From positions 11,780,001 through 11,844,000 of the forward strand of contig NC_043014.1 of assembly GCF_006345805.1 (NCBI RefSeq): 64,000 nucleotides of DNA, read 5' to 3'. Below are positions 1-10,970 of the stretch, piece by piece; the first letter of the stretch is position 1; each line of letters begins with the position of its first letter. The translations under genes and the position numbers were made by a program. Under the pieces are notes generated by a model. The model was not told the DNA's origin. It ran no database searches and saw nothing but the letters and a program-made list of their open reading frames with translations. Source of the DNA: Octopus sinensis. Lineage: Eukaryota.

Positions 1-303
1 GTTACGAATTCAAATCATATTGTGGTTGCTGACTTCACCTGTCATCCCTCTGCCGCCGACAAAATACCAAACCGACAAATACACCCGGTCGATTCTTCCT
101 TCCTGCCTCTTCCTCCTGTCCCTTTCAGAGGTTACACGGTGAGAGAGATGAGATGGGAAGCATTCACGGAAAACCTTTCGTCCAATAAATGTGGTGGAGG
201 GGGCTGGGGGAGGGAGAAGTAAGCCCTTCTCACCTAGAATGTTACACAAAGCCTCCAAAGAAACCAGAGAACATGGTGGGCACAGATGGATTAATTTGCT
301 GCC

Positions 304-600
304 TATCTATATATGTGTGTGTATGTCTATCTATCTATCTATCTATCTATCATCTATCTATCATCTATCTATCATCTATCTATCATCTATCTATCATCTA
401 TCTATCATCTATCTATCTATCATCTATCTATCTATCATCTATCTATCTATCTATCTATCTATCATCTATCATCTATCTATCATCTATCTATCATCTATCT
501 ATCATCTATCTATCATCTATCTATCTATCTATCTATCTATCTCTATCTATCTATCTATCTATCTATCATCTATCTATCTATCTATATATATATATATATA
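304..600. repeat. (TATC)n/(TATCATC) microsatellite
   Basis: Direct inspection. Confidence 0.95.
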
Positions 601-667
601 GGAGAGTATTGTAGTTCGCTTGAAGCCTTGTGTATTGTTTCAAGCGAACTACATTCCTCCCTCCCCC

Positions 668-699
<32 letters not shown>

Positions 700-1253
700 T
701 TATGTGTGTGTGTGTGTATACTCACACACGACGGGCTTTACTCGGCCCTAGGCTGTAATAGTACAAGGCAGTCACCCAAGGTGTCACGCAGTGGTTCTGA
801 ACGCGGAACTACGTGGTTAGAAAGCAAGCTTCTTACCACACAGCCATCCATGCCTGCGCCTATACCTTCATTTTTTTTTTCTGGAAAATAAAGATAAAAG
901 CAGAAAAGTGAAACCGAGAAAATATGAGAAAAAAGAAGGGGAAAAAGAATAAACAGAAAAGGCAGACTTCCCCACCGAAAAAGACGAGGAAGAAAAAGAC
1001 AGAAGAAAGCAAAAGACAAAGCCTTACTTCCGTTAAGACCATTGTTTACTAGGTTTTCAAAACTAAGTGTTTTTTTTCTTTTCTTTTTTTAATAACCTGT
1101 CTAGCGGAAAGTTTCGACAATTAACTCTCGATAAAGGTACATAATAGGCACGAGAGTGGCGGCGCAGAGGAGGTGGGGGGTGGGTGTGGGGGGGGGAGAA
1201 TAAAGAACAAAACAGAATAATAACTCTCACCACTAATAAAATATATACATATA

Positions 1254-1417
1254 GGCGTAGGAGTGGCTGTGTGGTAAGTAGCTTGCTTACGAACCACATG
1301 GTTCCGGGTTCAGTCCCACTGCGTGGCACCTTGGGCAAGTGTCTTCTGCTATAGCCTCAGCCGACCAAAGCCTTGTGAGTGGACTTGGTAGACGGAAACT
1401 GAAAGAAGCCTGTCGTG

Positions 1418-1454
<37 letters not shown>

Positions 1455-1654
1455 ATATGTTTGTGTTTGTCCCCCTAGCATTGCTTGACAACCGATGCTG
1501 GCGTGTTTACATCCCCGTCACTTAGCGGTTCGGCAAAAGAGACCGATAGAATAAGTACTGGGCTTACAAAGAATAAGTCCCGGGGTCGATTTGCTCGACT
1601 AAAGGCGGTGCTCCAGCATGGCCGCAGTCAAATGACTAGAACAAGTAAAAGAGT
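1254..1654 (+). mobile_element. tRNA-derived SINE, family B (CORE-like ccttgggcaagt, internal TA/TG microsatellite, GAGTAAAA tail)
   Basis: Head ggcgtaggagtggctgtgtggtaag...ggttcagtccc. About 20 further copies in the window, for example 17480-17892(-), 21047-21515, 28822-29237, 39128-39551, 43966-44370(-), 49735-50152(-), 50641-51048, 60523-60835, 61208-61578(-), 63478-63810. Confidence 0.9.
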
Positions 1655-1746
1655 ATATAAATAGATAGGCTGTGTGGTAAGGAATTGGCTTCCAAACCAC
1701 ATGGTTCCGGGTTCAGCCCACTACGCGGAAACTTAACTCTAGTGTC

Positions 1747-2146
1747 GGATCTTTTCAGTTTTTTCTAGCGGTGACACATGAAATTGTCACCCATAATTAA
1801 GACCCTAGTATCGATCCATTGCATTTCAATCTGTTTTAGGGTTAGTTAGGGGTGGGGGGAAGGGTATCTTTTTTTTCTTCAGAAATGTAAATAAACCCAA
1901 TCTGTTGCTTAAATGAGGGACATATACGGCACAGAATGTTTTCACCTCAATAGACGTCATGGATTGGCTGAAATTGCAGAAATTGAAGAAAAAAAACAAC
2001 AATTATCTTACAAACCATAGAATTTTCTCAATAAAGCCAAGAGAAAAAGATGTTTTATAAACACATTCTACCAGTATACGAAGTTTAAAAGTGTTTAGTT
2101 ACGTGGAAAATATTTTTAAAAACTGCCGGTCAAACCGAAAAGATCT
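1747..2146. mobile_element. Non-autonomous TIR element (GGATCTTTTC termini), inserted in a family-B SINE
   Basis: Ends ggatcttttc / gaaaagatct with 8-bp TSD ctagtgtc. Reverse-complement homologue of 45567-45976. Confidence 0.85.
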
Positions 2147-2180
2147 CTAGTGTCTTCTACTATAGCCTCGGGCTGACCAA

Positions 2181-2225
<45 letters not shown>

Positions 2226-3833
2226 TGTGTGTGTGACCCCTATCATCGCTTGACAACTGATGTCGGTGTTGGTGTATTTACAACCTCGTATTTTAGCGGT
2301 TCGGTAAAAAGAGAGCGATAGAATTACTACCAGGCTTAAAAAGAAAAAAAAGCCCCAAAAAACTGAGGTTGATTCGTTCGACTAAAATTCTTCAGTATGG
2401 TGCCCCAGCATGGCCACAGTCTAATAGCTGAAACAAGTTAAAAAAATAAATAAATGAGCCATATTTCGTCTGCCGCTACGTTCTGAGTTCAAATTCCGCC
2501 GAGATCGACTTTGCCTTTCATCTTTTCGGGGTCGATAAATTAAGTACCAGTTACGCACTGGGGTCAATATAATCGACTTAATCCGTTTGTCTGTCCTTGC
2601 TTGTCCTCTCTGTGTTTAGCCCCTTATGGGTAGTAAAGAAATAGGTGGCGAGCTGATAAAATCGTTAGCATGTCGGAAAAAATGCTCGACAGTAATTCTT
2701 TCGGCTCTTTTACGTTCAGTTCAAATTCTGCCGGGCTCAACTTTGCCTTTCATCTTTTCGGATTCGATAAACTAAATTATCAGTCAAGTACTGAGGTCAA
2801 TGTAATCGAATTGTCCCTTCCCCTCCTCGAAATTGCTAGCCTGGAACCCTGCAGCGGACTTGCGTCCCGTTCAGGGGAAATGCTTTGATTTCGGTTACTT
2901 AAGCGCTATGGAAACTGGTTTCAAATTCCGCCGTGGTCGACTTTGCCTTTCATTATTTCAGGGTCGATAAATTAAGTACCAGTTGCGTACTGGGGTCAAT
3001 CTAAGCGACTGTCCCTTCCTCCTCCCCCAAAATATTTCGGGCTTTGTGCCTAGAGTAGAAAAGAATATATGACTGTTTCTTAATTTGATCGATTCACAGG
3101 AGGAAGAAAGGCAAAGTTGACTTCGTGCAACAAGAACAACGGCAACAATAACAAAAACAACAACAATATTAATAGCTCTTTCTAATGAAAGATGGCGAGT
3201 TGACCGAATCGTTAGCACGCCGAGCAAAATGCTTAGTGGCATTTCGTCCGTCTTTATGTTCTGGGTTCAAATTCCGCCGAAGTCGACTTTGCTTTTCATC
3301 CTTTCGGAATCGATGAAATAAGTACCAGTTGAACACTGGGGTCGATGTAGTCGACCTACCTTTTCACCCCCAAATTGCTGGCATTGTGCCAAGATGTGAA
3401 AACAATGTTTTTTTTAATAATTTTGGTGTAAGGCCGACAATTTTGAGAGGAGCGGATAGTCGATTACATCAACCTCAGGGCTCAACTCACATTCTATTTT
3501 ATCGACCCACAAGGGTTAAAAGCATACTCGACCTTGTGGCTTCCAGTGAGTAACCCCAGGGAAAACTTTATGGTAACATGAGCGACAGAAGTCTTACAGG
3601 TACATGGGGGTCAATGGACCAGAAAATGTCATCAGCTGGTATCAGTGTAAGAAAAAGGAAAAACTAGAAGATGGAGAAAGCATTTCAAGATGCAGAATCG
3701 CGTGTAAAGCATCTTGGAGCTGGAGAGCATCTTGGCAACTGAAAGGGTGAGCCTGGGATTCTATCCAAAGAGCTTGGTTGCCAAGGACAGAGAGAGAGAG
3801 AGAGAGAGAGAGAAAATCATTCAGAAGATATTA

Positions 3834-4060
3834 GGCGGCGGTTTGGCAGAAACGTTAGCACGCCGGGCGAAATGCTTCGCAGTATTTCGTCTGGCGCTAC
3901 GTTCTGAGTTCAAATTCCGCCGAGGTCGACTTTGCCTTTCATCCTTTCAGGGTCGATAAATTAAGTACCAGTTACGCACTGGGGTCAATGTAATCGAGTT
4001 AATCCCTGTGTCCTTGTTTGTCCTCTCTGTGTTTAGCCCCTTGTGAGTAATAAAGAAATA
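3834..4060 (+). mobile_element. tRNA-derived SINE, family A (core gtcgactttgcctttcatcctttcggggtcgataa..agtaccag, MetaSINE-like; tail ...gccccttgtggg..taaagaaata)
   Basis: A box tggcagaaacgttag, B box gagttcaaattcc. More than 20 full or partial copies across the window, for example 2462-2643, 20509-20700, 26529-26761, 46161-46369, 58523-58753. Confidence 0.9.
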
Positions 4061-4409
4061 TATATCATTCAGAAGACGGTTAGAACAGATGTAAAGGGAG
4101 GCTGAGAGAGCAGAATGGGCGGCTCCGGCAACAGGAAGCACAAGCAAAATTAGAGAGTTTGTAGTAAGAACTATTTGGTCAGGTATCCTGCAGGCGGGTT
4201 TGTATAATGTTCGGTTTCTTATCCAGACTACATAAGCTCATAGCCGAGCACTGTTAATCTTCACATCAAGGGTAAGAGTGGCACATCATTCTTATCGCTC
4301 TGGTCTGAAAGAGAATCCTTAGAACATTTCAGTAGCTACATAAAAGTCCATGGAGAAGACTCCTATTGATGCTCAGGGCAGTTTTTAAGAGCTTATCTAC
4401 TGGGATCAG

Positions 4410-4997
4410 CACAAATAAACAGCGATTTTGTGGGACCGAAGGGAGATCTCATCGGTGACCAAAGGGCGAATATATCAGGCCGTCGTTCGTACAGTATTTC
4501 TATATGGCTGTGAAACGTGGCCTATGCGGGTGGTCGATCAACGAAGGCTGGAAGTCTTCGATAATGACTGCCTCCGGTGCATTCTTTGCTGCCGTCGGGT
4601 GGATCAAGTTCCAACCGCCAATCTCCGACTTCACCTGTCTCTGCGGCCCCTTCCATCTGTCTTTCTGCAACGGCGCTTGCGGTGGTTTGGCCATGCATGT
4701 AGGCGTCCGGTGGGTGAACTGAGCCGTGATGTCCTTCTCCCAACTCCTCTTCTCAACTGGCGAAAACGCGCGGGCGGGCAGCTGAAGACTTGGGCTACGA
4801 CGATCAAGGAGGACCTCTCCGTGCTCACGGGTCCGCAGGTGGTCGGCTTGCGCCGATGGAACCGTGACTGGCTCGCTATCTCCAGTGAACTGGCGCAGCA
4901 CCGTCGTGCGTGGGGTGCCATGGTTCGAGATGCCTCGAGGGTGCTAACAGAGGCGACTCAACCCGCCCAGGGTGAATGTCACTGCAAGTACAAGTAA
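4410..4997 (+). mobile_element. 5'-truncated RTE-clade LINE 3' end
   Basis: ORF 4428-4997 contains RIYQAVVRTVFLYGCETW...LEVFDNDCLR and QRRLRWFGH. Ends in short repeat tail caagtacaagtaa. Confidence 0.88.
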
Positions 4998-5773
4998 CTA
5001 AACCGCACCACGTCTCAAAGAAGTCGGAATCTTGGGGTTAGTAGCCCGCACTCTTAACCACTACACCATATGCCGTGGTTAAGAATAGAATATATGACTT
5101 TCTTAATTTAATCGATTCCCAGGAGGAAGAAAGGCAAAGCTAACTTCGTGCAACAACAACAACGGCAACAAGAAGAACAACAACAACAATATTCAAGAGA
5201 CAGAATCACGTGTATAGCAAAACGAGCTGGAGAGCATTTTAGCAACTGAAAGGGTGAGTCTGGGATTCTATCCGAAGAGCTTAGTTGACAAGGCCCAGGA
5301 CAAATATATATATATATATAGAGAGAGATTATATCATTCAGTAGACGCTTAGAATGCACCATCAAAAATCAAAAGTGGGCCTCCTCTATCTGGTTTCCGA
5401 CTGGTAGCAGCATGTCGATTTGGTTGACAGCCGAAGAACATAGTACCAACAACACTCCAGTCAGATATTATTATCATCTCTGAAGCAACAGAAATTATCG
5501 TACGGGAACATGGAGTGCTGAGAAGAACATAATGAGAAGAAACGTGCGAGTACGAGGAACAGGTGGGAAAGTGTCAGAACAGAGGCTGGGAAAACATATT
5601 ATAAGCCAATGATATTATCAAGAAAATGGAGAGATTTAATGGATATAAATAGATTAATTAATTAATTAAGATAGCCTACAATTATTTCAATTCATACTCA
5701 ATACAAATTACAAGATAGGAAGGATAGGAGAATATTAGATTTATAAGCCCTAAAATTCACTCCATAATTCACT

Positions 5774-5990
5774 CCACGGGTATATGGCGTAGTGGTTAAG
5801 AGCGCGAGCTACTAACCCCAAAATTCCGAGTTCGATACTGGGCAGTGACCTGAATAACAATAATAACATCGAAAATACCTTAGGTTCGAAATTTTCCAAG
5901 ACACCTGATGAAGGCTGAGAACGTTGTGTTAGAAGATGAGGACAAATATCCGTCAAATGTGAATAATGTATGTATATATATATAATATAT
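5774..5990 (+). mobile_element. tRNA-headed element with a hammerhead-like remnant, ending in (TA)n
   Basis: A box tggcgtagtgg, B box gttcgatac, then acac-CTGATGA-aggctg..aacGTT-gtgt at 5901-5929. An inverted partial head lies at ~5030-5078. Confidence 0.6.
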
Positions 5991-6014
5991 ATATATTCAT
6001 ATATAAAGATCCCC

Positions 6015-7512
6015 ATGGGACGAAGATTGCAAATCGCCTAAAAACAACACTGATGGAGATTGAAAAAAGCCTGCAACAATCCTATATGATGGAAAGAGCA
6101 GACAAAGAACCCTGAGTTATTAAAAAAACATTAAGTCAAACCCAAAGGCCTTCTTTCATTACGCCAAAGAAACAGCATCAGTATGCTGCAAGATAGGACC
6201 TCTCTTCCAAAAGGATGGCTCCCTCACAGATAGTCCAACCAGGATCAGTGAGGTACTGAATGACCAGTTCAAAAGTGTCTTTACCACCCCATTGGAACAC
6301 AGACAAGTGAACGAACCAGTGGACTTTGCCGTCTCACCTATAACCAGCGGGGCAGTTACGATGGAATACATTGACATTAGCGAAGAAGATATACTACTAT
6401 CCATAGATGAGGTCCATAGATGAGGTGGACGCAAACTCAACTGCTGGTCCTGATGGTTTCCCAGCAATCCTCCTCAAATCTTGTAAGCGTGCCCTGACAA
6501 AACCCCTCCAGATTCTCTTCCAGAGCTTTCTTGAAAATGGCAGACTGCCAAGCAAGCCGAAGGAGGGAATAATATTCCCAATTTATAAAGGGGAAGCAGA
6601 GCAGATGCTAAAAACTATAGGCCTATCTCTGACTTCACACATCAGCAAAGTTTGACAAATTATGACTGGGTGTTGAGGCAGTTACTCAACAACTCAAACA
6701 TGGATGTAGTATACCTTGATTTTGCAAAAGCTTTCGACAAACTGGATCATGGTATGATATGCCTCAAACTGCGTGATCTCGGCATCGCTGGAAAACTTGG
6801 GGAGTGGTTACATTACTTTCTGAAAGATAGAAGTCGGGCAGTAGTGACCAATGGCGCCACGTCAATGAAAGCACAAGTAGTGAGCGGTGTTCTACAAGGC
6901 ACTGTCTTGAGACCACTGCTTTTCATAGTGGTTCTCTCAGATATACCCTCAACATCCCGGATAGCCACCCTTGCTAGCTACGCAGACGATACGACAGTCT
7001 CGCAGAAAATACAGAACCCCAGCGATGTTGCACATTTGCAGCAGGAGTTGGACTCAATTTACAGATGGGCTGAGGATAATAATATACAGTTTAATGCTGA
7101 AAGATTCCAAGCCCTGCGCTTACCAGCGTCCAAAACTGGATATGAAACTTACAGGGTACACTGGTCCACAGGGAATTACAATCCCAGAGCCTAAATCAGT
7201 GAGGGACCTGGGTATCAACATGAGTGATGATACCTCTTTCCAAGTGCACATCACCAGGATGGCGACAAAGTGCAGACGACTGGCTGGATGGATCCTGAGA
7301 ACATTCAGAACCAGAGATAAGGAAACCATGGTGGTCCTCTTGAGAACATTCGTCCTCAGTCGCCTGGATTACTTCTCCCAGCTATGGTCATCCAACAGTG
7401 TAAAATTAACAGCGGACCTTGAAGCAATCCAGCGAAGCTTTACTAAGAAGATCGTCTCTTTGCAACAGCTCAACTACTGGAAAAGGCTGAAACAGCTAAG
7501 ACTCTACTCTCT
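6015..7512 (+). pseudogene. CR1/Jockey-like LINE reverse transcriptase, frameshifted and internally deleted
   Basis: Motifs AGPDGFPA, VVYLDFAKAFDKLDHG, SGVLQGTVL.PLLF, YADD, RDLG, WILRTF, LEAIQRSFTK spread over several frames. Confidence 0.92.
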
Positions 7513-7749
7513 CGTCGTCGTAACCGACGGAGTGCTCCTTAATTGCTCCAGCATGGCAGCCGTCTGAGAAACAACAATAATAACACAGTATATAAAATAT
7601 ATAACAGATAAAGAATAATACATATGAGAATTTACAAAACTAAGACAACAAAAGCAATAACAAAAAATATAATTATATATTAATGAACAACCCCACCCAT
7701 CCTTTCACAGAAAAGTAGAGACAAAAACATTTTTCTTTTGTTATTTTTC

Positions 7750-7954
7750 CCGGAAGTTGCTTCCCTCTGTCCTGCAAAAGTAAGTGGAAAAGTTTGAGAC
7801 TTATTTATTTACTTAGTTGTTTATTTATATGATCTATTTATTCATTTTATTTGTTTTAAATAAAGCGTCTAGATTTGTCCGAGTCGATTTAGTCGCTAAA
7901 CGGAAGAGTGAAAGGGAAAGACGTGGAAAGTAAAAAACAAAAATAATATCGATA
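7750..7954 (+). promoter_or_regulatory. Candidate promoter or non-coding first exon
   Basis: ETS motif CCGGAAGT (7750-7757), consensus donor GTAAGT (7780-7785) and DRE-like TATCGATA (7947-7954) in a non-repetitive island. The link to IMPA is unproven. Confidence 0.35.
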
Positions 7955-8182
7955 ATCGAACAACAATCTTAAAAATCTATCTCTTCCTCATATGATTTTT
8001 CCTCCACATTAATACATAATAACATAATATAATACATATAACCTTATATATAATACATATATATTATATATATATATATAATATATTATATATATAATAT
8101 AATATAATATTATATTATATTATATTATATATATATTATATATAATATATATACATACATAAAGTCTATCTGCCTCCCTCTC

Positions 8183-8230
<48 letters not shown>

Positions 8231-8484
8231 TACATTTTTTCTTCGTTCATTCAGACGTTTGTTTATTCATTGTCAAAAGAGCTTCGTCGTCGACCTCTGG
8301 ACACACTCACCTCACTCAAGGAATTGATCCTAATCTCAGGTATTTCATATTTTTCTTTGGTAACTCCTGATTTTTGTAACTTTTCTTTGATTATTTCTTC
8401 TTTATGTTTTCTTCAAAATTTTCTTAAACTTCTCTCTTATTTATATATACAGTTTTGTTTATTCTATTTTATATATATATATAT

Positions 8485-8723
8485 GATACAGATAAGGAAA
8501 TAATTTTATTCTCAAACGCAGAATAATGCTAATAATATAGCATGAACAAGATAAACTATCCATATTTTGCAGAAAAATCTGTCGGCGACCAGTCATGAGA
8601 CACGAACTCACATGCCTGGCCGCCGATAGATTTTCCTGCAAAATATGGATAGTTTATCCTGTTCATGCTATATTATTAGCATTATCCTGCGTTTGAGAAT
8701 AAAATTATTTCCTTATCTGTATC
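8485..8723. repeat. Near-perfect ~240-bp palindrome next to (TA)n
   Basis: gatacagataaggaaataatttt... pairs with ...aaaattatttccttatctgtatc over about 110 bp with few mismatches. Confidence 0.9.
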
Positions 8724-8956
8724 TTTCATTACATTTCAACGCTTCTGAAGCAAACTTTGTTGACTTTCAACGTAAGCTGAATTTAATATATATATATATG
8801 TTTAAGTAGTTGAATGAATTATCCTAGTATGGATAATTCGCTTAACCGATACCCGGGTAGCAAATTTACGTCAGAAAGCACGGTTGAAGCTACATGCCAA
8901 GGGCAGAAATCACGTGCTTTCGTGTGGAAATTTGTGTGTTTTTTTACTATAGATAA

Positions 8957-9144
8957 ATGAAAGAATGGAGTCGAACGACGATTTAACAAAATTCCTTTAT
9001 TCTCGACACATGTTTCGAAGACTGCATATTCTTAATTCCGAAGGCATAATGCACCCTTTATTCCTTCGGAATTAAGAATATGCAGTCTTCGAAACATGTG
9101 TCGAGAATAAAGGAATTTTGTTAAATCGTCGTTCGACTCCATTC

Positions 9145-9150
<6 letters not shown>
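8957..9150. repeat. Perfect 88-bp-arm palindrome, probable inverted Penelope-like terminus
   Basis: Arms 8957-9044 and 9063-9150 are exact reverse complements. The right arm has GAAAC-ATGT-GTC (3' half of a hammerhead) and runs into (TA)n. Confidence 0.85.
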
Positions 9151-9212
<62 letters not shown>

Positions 9213-9358
9213 CTTACAAGTAAAATAGAACCACTTTTTGGGAATTCATCTTTGAAGGCTATTCCTATACGATCTAGAAAGGAATATATTTTATATAATT
9301 TTTCTAAATGCTATAATTAAATTTTTCAATATTGAATTGATAAAAGGTGGTTTATTTC

Positions 9359-9425
<67 letters not shown>

Positions 9426-9434
9426 CATATATAT

Positions 9435-9767
9435 AACGTTCCATCTGAAAAGGAAAGTCGGGCTGAAGAGAAGGTGTCTGTCAGAGTGTACGTACAAAAA
9501 AAAATGGATACGTGTTGCCCGGATGCTGGGGAGTGAAAGGCCTTGTGCGAATACGGTGTAAGGACTTCCAAAAGGAGTCAGTTAAAAAGACAAGGCTCGT
9601 GGGGTCGGAGCACACTTGTTTTTTTTAACCTACCTCATATTGTCCTTTTATTGTTTGTATTGTAATTTGTGTTTTATCGGTTTTATAATCATTTTTATAT
9701 ATAATTTTATAACCTCATTCGATGTACATGACCCCTCTATGTTGGCCCTTTATGGGCAATAAAGAAT
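9435..9767 (+). mobile_element. Tx1/L1-like LINE 3' fragment
   Basis: Reads TFHLKRKVGLKRRCLSECTYKKKWIRVARML, then a T-rich 3'UTR ending cccctctatgttggccctttatgggcaataaagaa. Confidence 0.55.
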
Positions 9768-10404
9768 ATATATATATATATATATATAAATAATAAATAT
9801 TAGGGAATAAATCCAAATTTACAGGGAAAAAATCAGATTTAGGATTAAATCCAATTTTATAGTAAAATATTATAAAATATTATTAGAGACAAAACCACTA
9901 TTTTGCAAAACAAACAAGGAAAGACTTAATCAATACATAAAATTTTAATAAATAAAGTAAGGTATCGCAGGATGTTTATTGGCTTGACCGGGCCTAATAC
10001 CGTTTGTTGAATACTTTCTTGTAAACTGTTTTAAACATTTTCTTATTATTATCAAAGAATGTATATATGTATTTTAATGACAACCAGTACTTAACACAAC
10101 AAAGCTTTTACAAAGCTTTACATTTTACTTTTGACAATCTTTTTCTAAAAAAGTGAAACCGTCAAGTGAATAAACATCTTTGAAATTGCATTTTCAAGCC
10201 TTCTTTCATATATATCATATTTATTCAGGCTCTTTGCGATGAGTTCAAATCCCGCCGAGGTCGACTTTGTCTTTCATCACTTCACAGTCGATAAAATAAA
10301 ACAGGCACTCCGTCAGTTACGACGACGAGTGTTCCAGTTGATCCGATCGACAGAACAGCCTGTTAGGGAAATTAACGTGCAAGTGGCTGATTACTCCACG
10401 GACT

Positions 10405-10446
<42 letters not shown>

Positions 10447-10464
10447 CACAAACACACTAGCCTG

Positions 10465-10970
10465 TGGAGGCGCGTGGCTTAGTGGTTAGGATGTCAGCAT
10501 CATGATCGTAAGATTGTGGTTTCATTTCAGGTTGCTCCAGTCCACTCAGCTGGCAAAAATGAGTAACGCTGCGATGGACTGGCGTCCCGTCCAGCTGGGG
10601 AACACATACGCCATAGAAACCGGGAAACCGGGCCCATGAGCCTGGCTAAGGGTTTAAAAAGGGCGCATGGAGGCGCAATGGCCCAGTGGTTAGGACAGTG
10701 GACTAGCGGTCGGAGGATCGTGGTTTCGATTCCCAGACAGGGCACTGTGTGTATTTATTGAGCGAAAACACCTAAAAGCTCCACGAGGCTCCGGCAGGGG
10801 ATGGTGGCGACCCCTGATGTACTCTTTCACCACAACTTTCTCTCTCTTTCTCTTCCTGTTTCTTGAGTAACGCTGCGGTGGACTGTCGTCCCGTCCAGCT
10901 GTGAGGAACACATACGCCACAGAAACCGGGAAACCGGGCCCATGAGCTTGGCTAAGCTTGAAAAGGGTGA
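10465..10970 (+). mobile_element. Nested or fused tRNA-SINEs, families C (gtccttgagcaa..ctccagtccactcagctg) and D (ggaggcgcaatggcccagtggttagg)
   Basis: Pol III A/B boxes. Homologous copies at 23767-24015, 40426-40758, 42030-42421(-), 46407-46740, 52703-53092(-), 62290-62445. Confidence 0.8.

Larger units (their letters stand above)
3640..5620 (+). mobile_element. Scattered, highly decayed fragments of an RLE-type (Hero/NeSL-like) non-LTR element
   Basis: Broken frames read DAESRVKH...SLG (~3690-3760) and DW...VDL...TTLQSDIII...EKKR...GKCQNRGW (~5400-5590), resembling the C-terminal restriction-like endonuclease region. Confidence 0.4.

Noticed and set aside
189-891. ORFs of 136-192 aa rich in SIYL
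   Set aside because: Translations of a TATC microsatellite.
1254-1330. tRNA-like sequences here and at many other sites
   Set aside because: They are SINE heads continuing into repeat bodies, without complete acceptor stems.
8741-8920. Further ctgaag/gaaat motifs as hammerheads
   Set aside because: Core nucleotides and stems are too incomplete to call.
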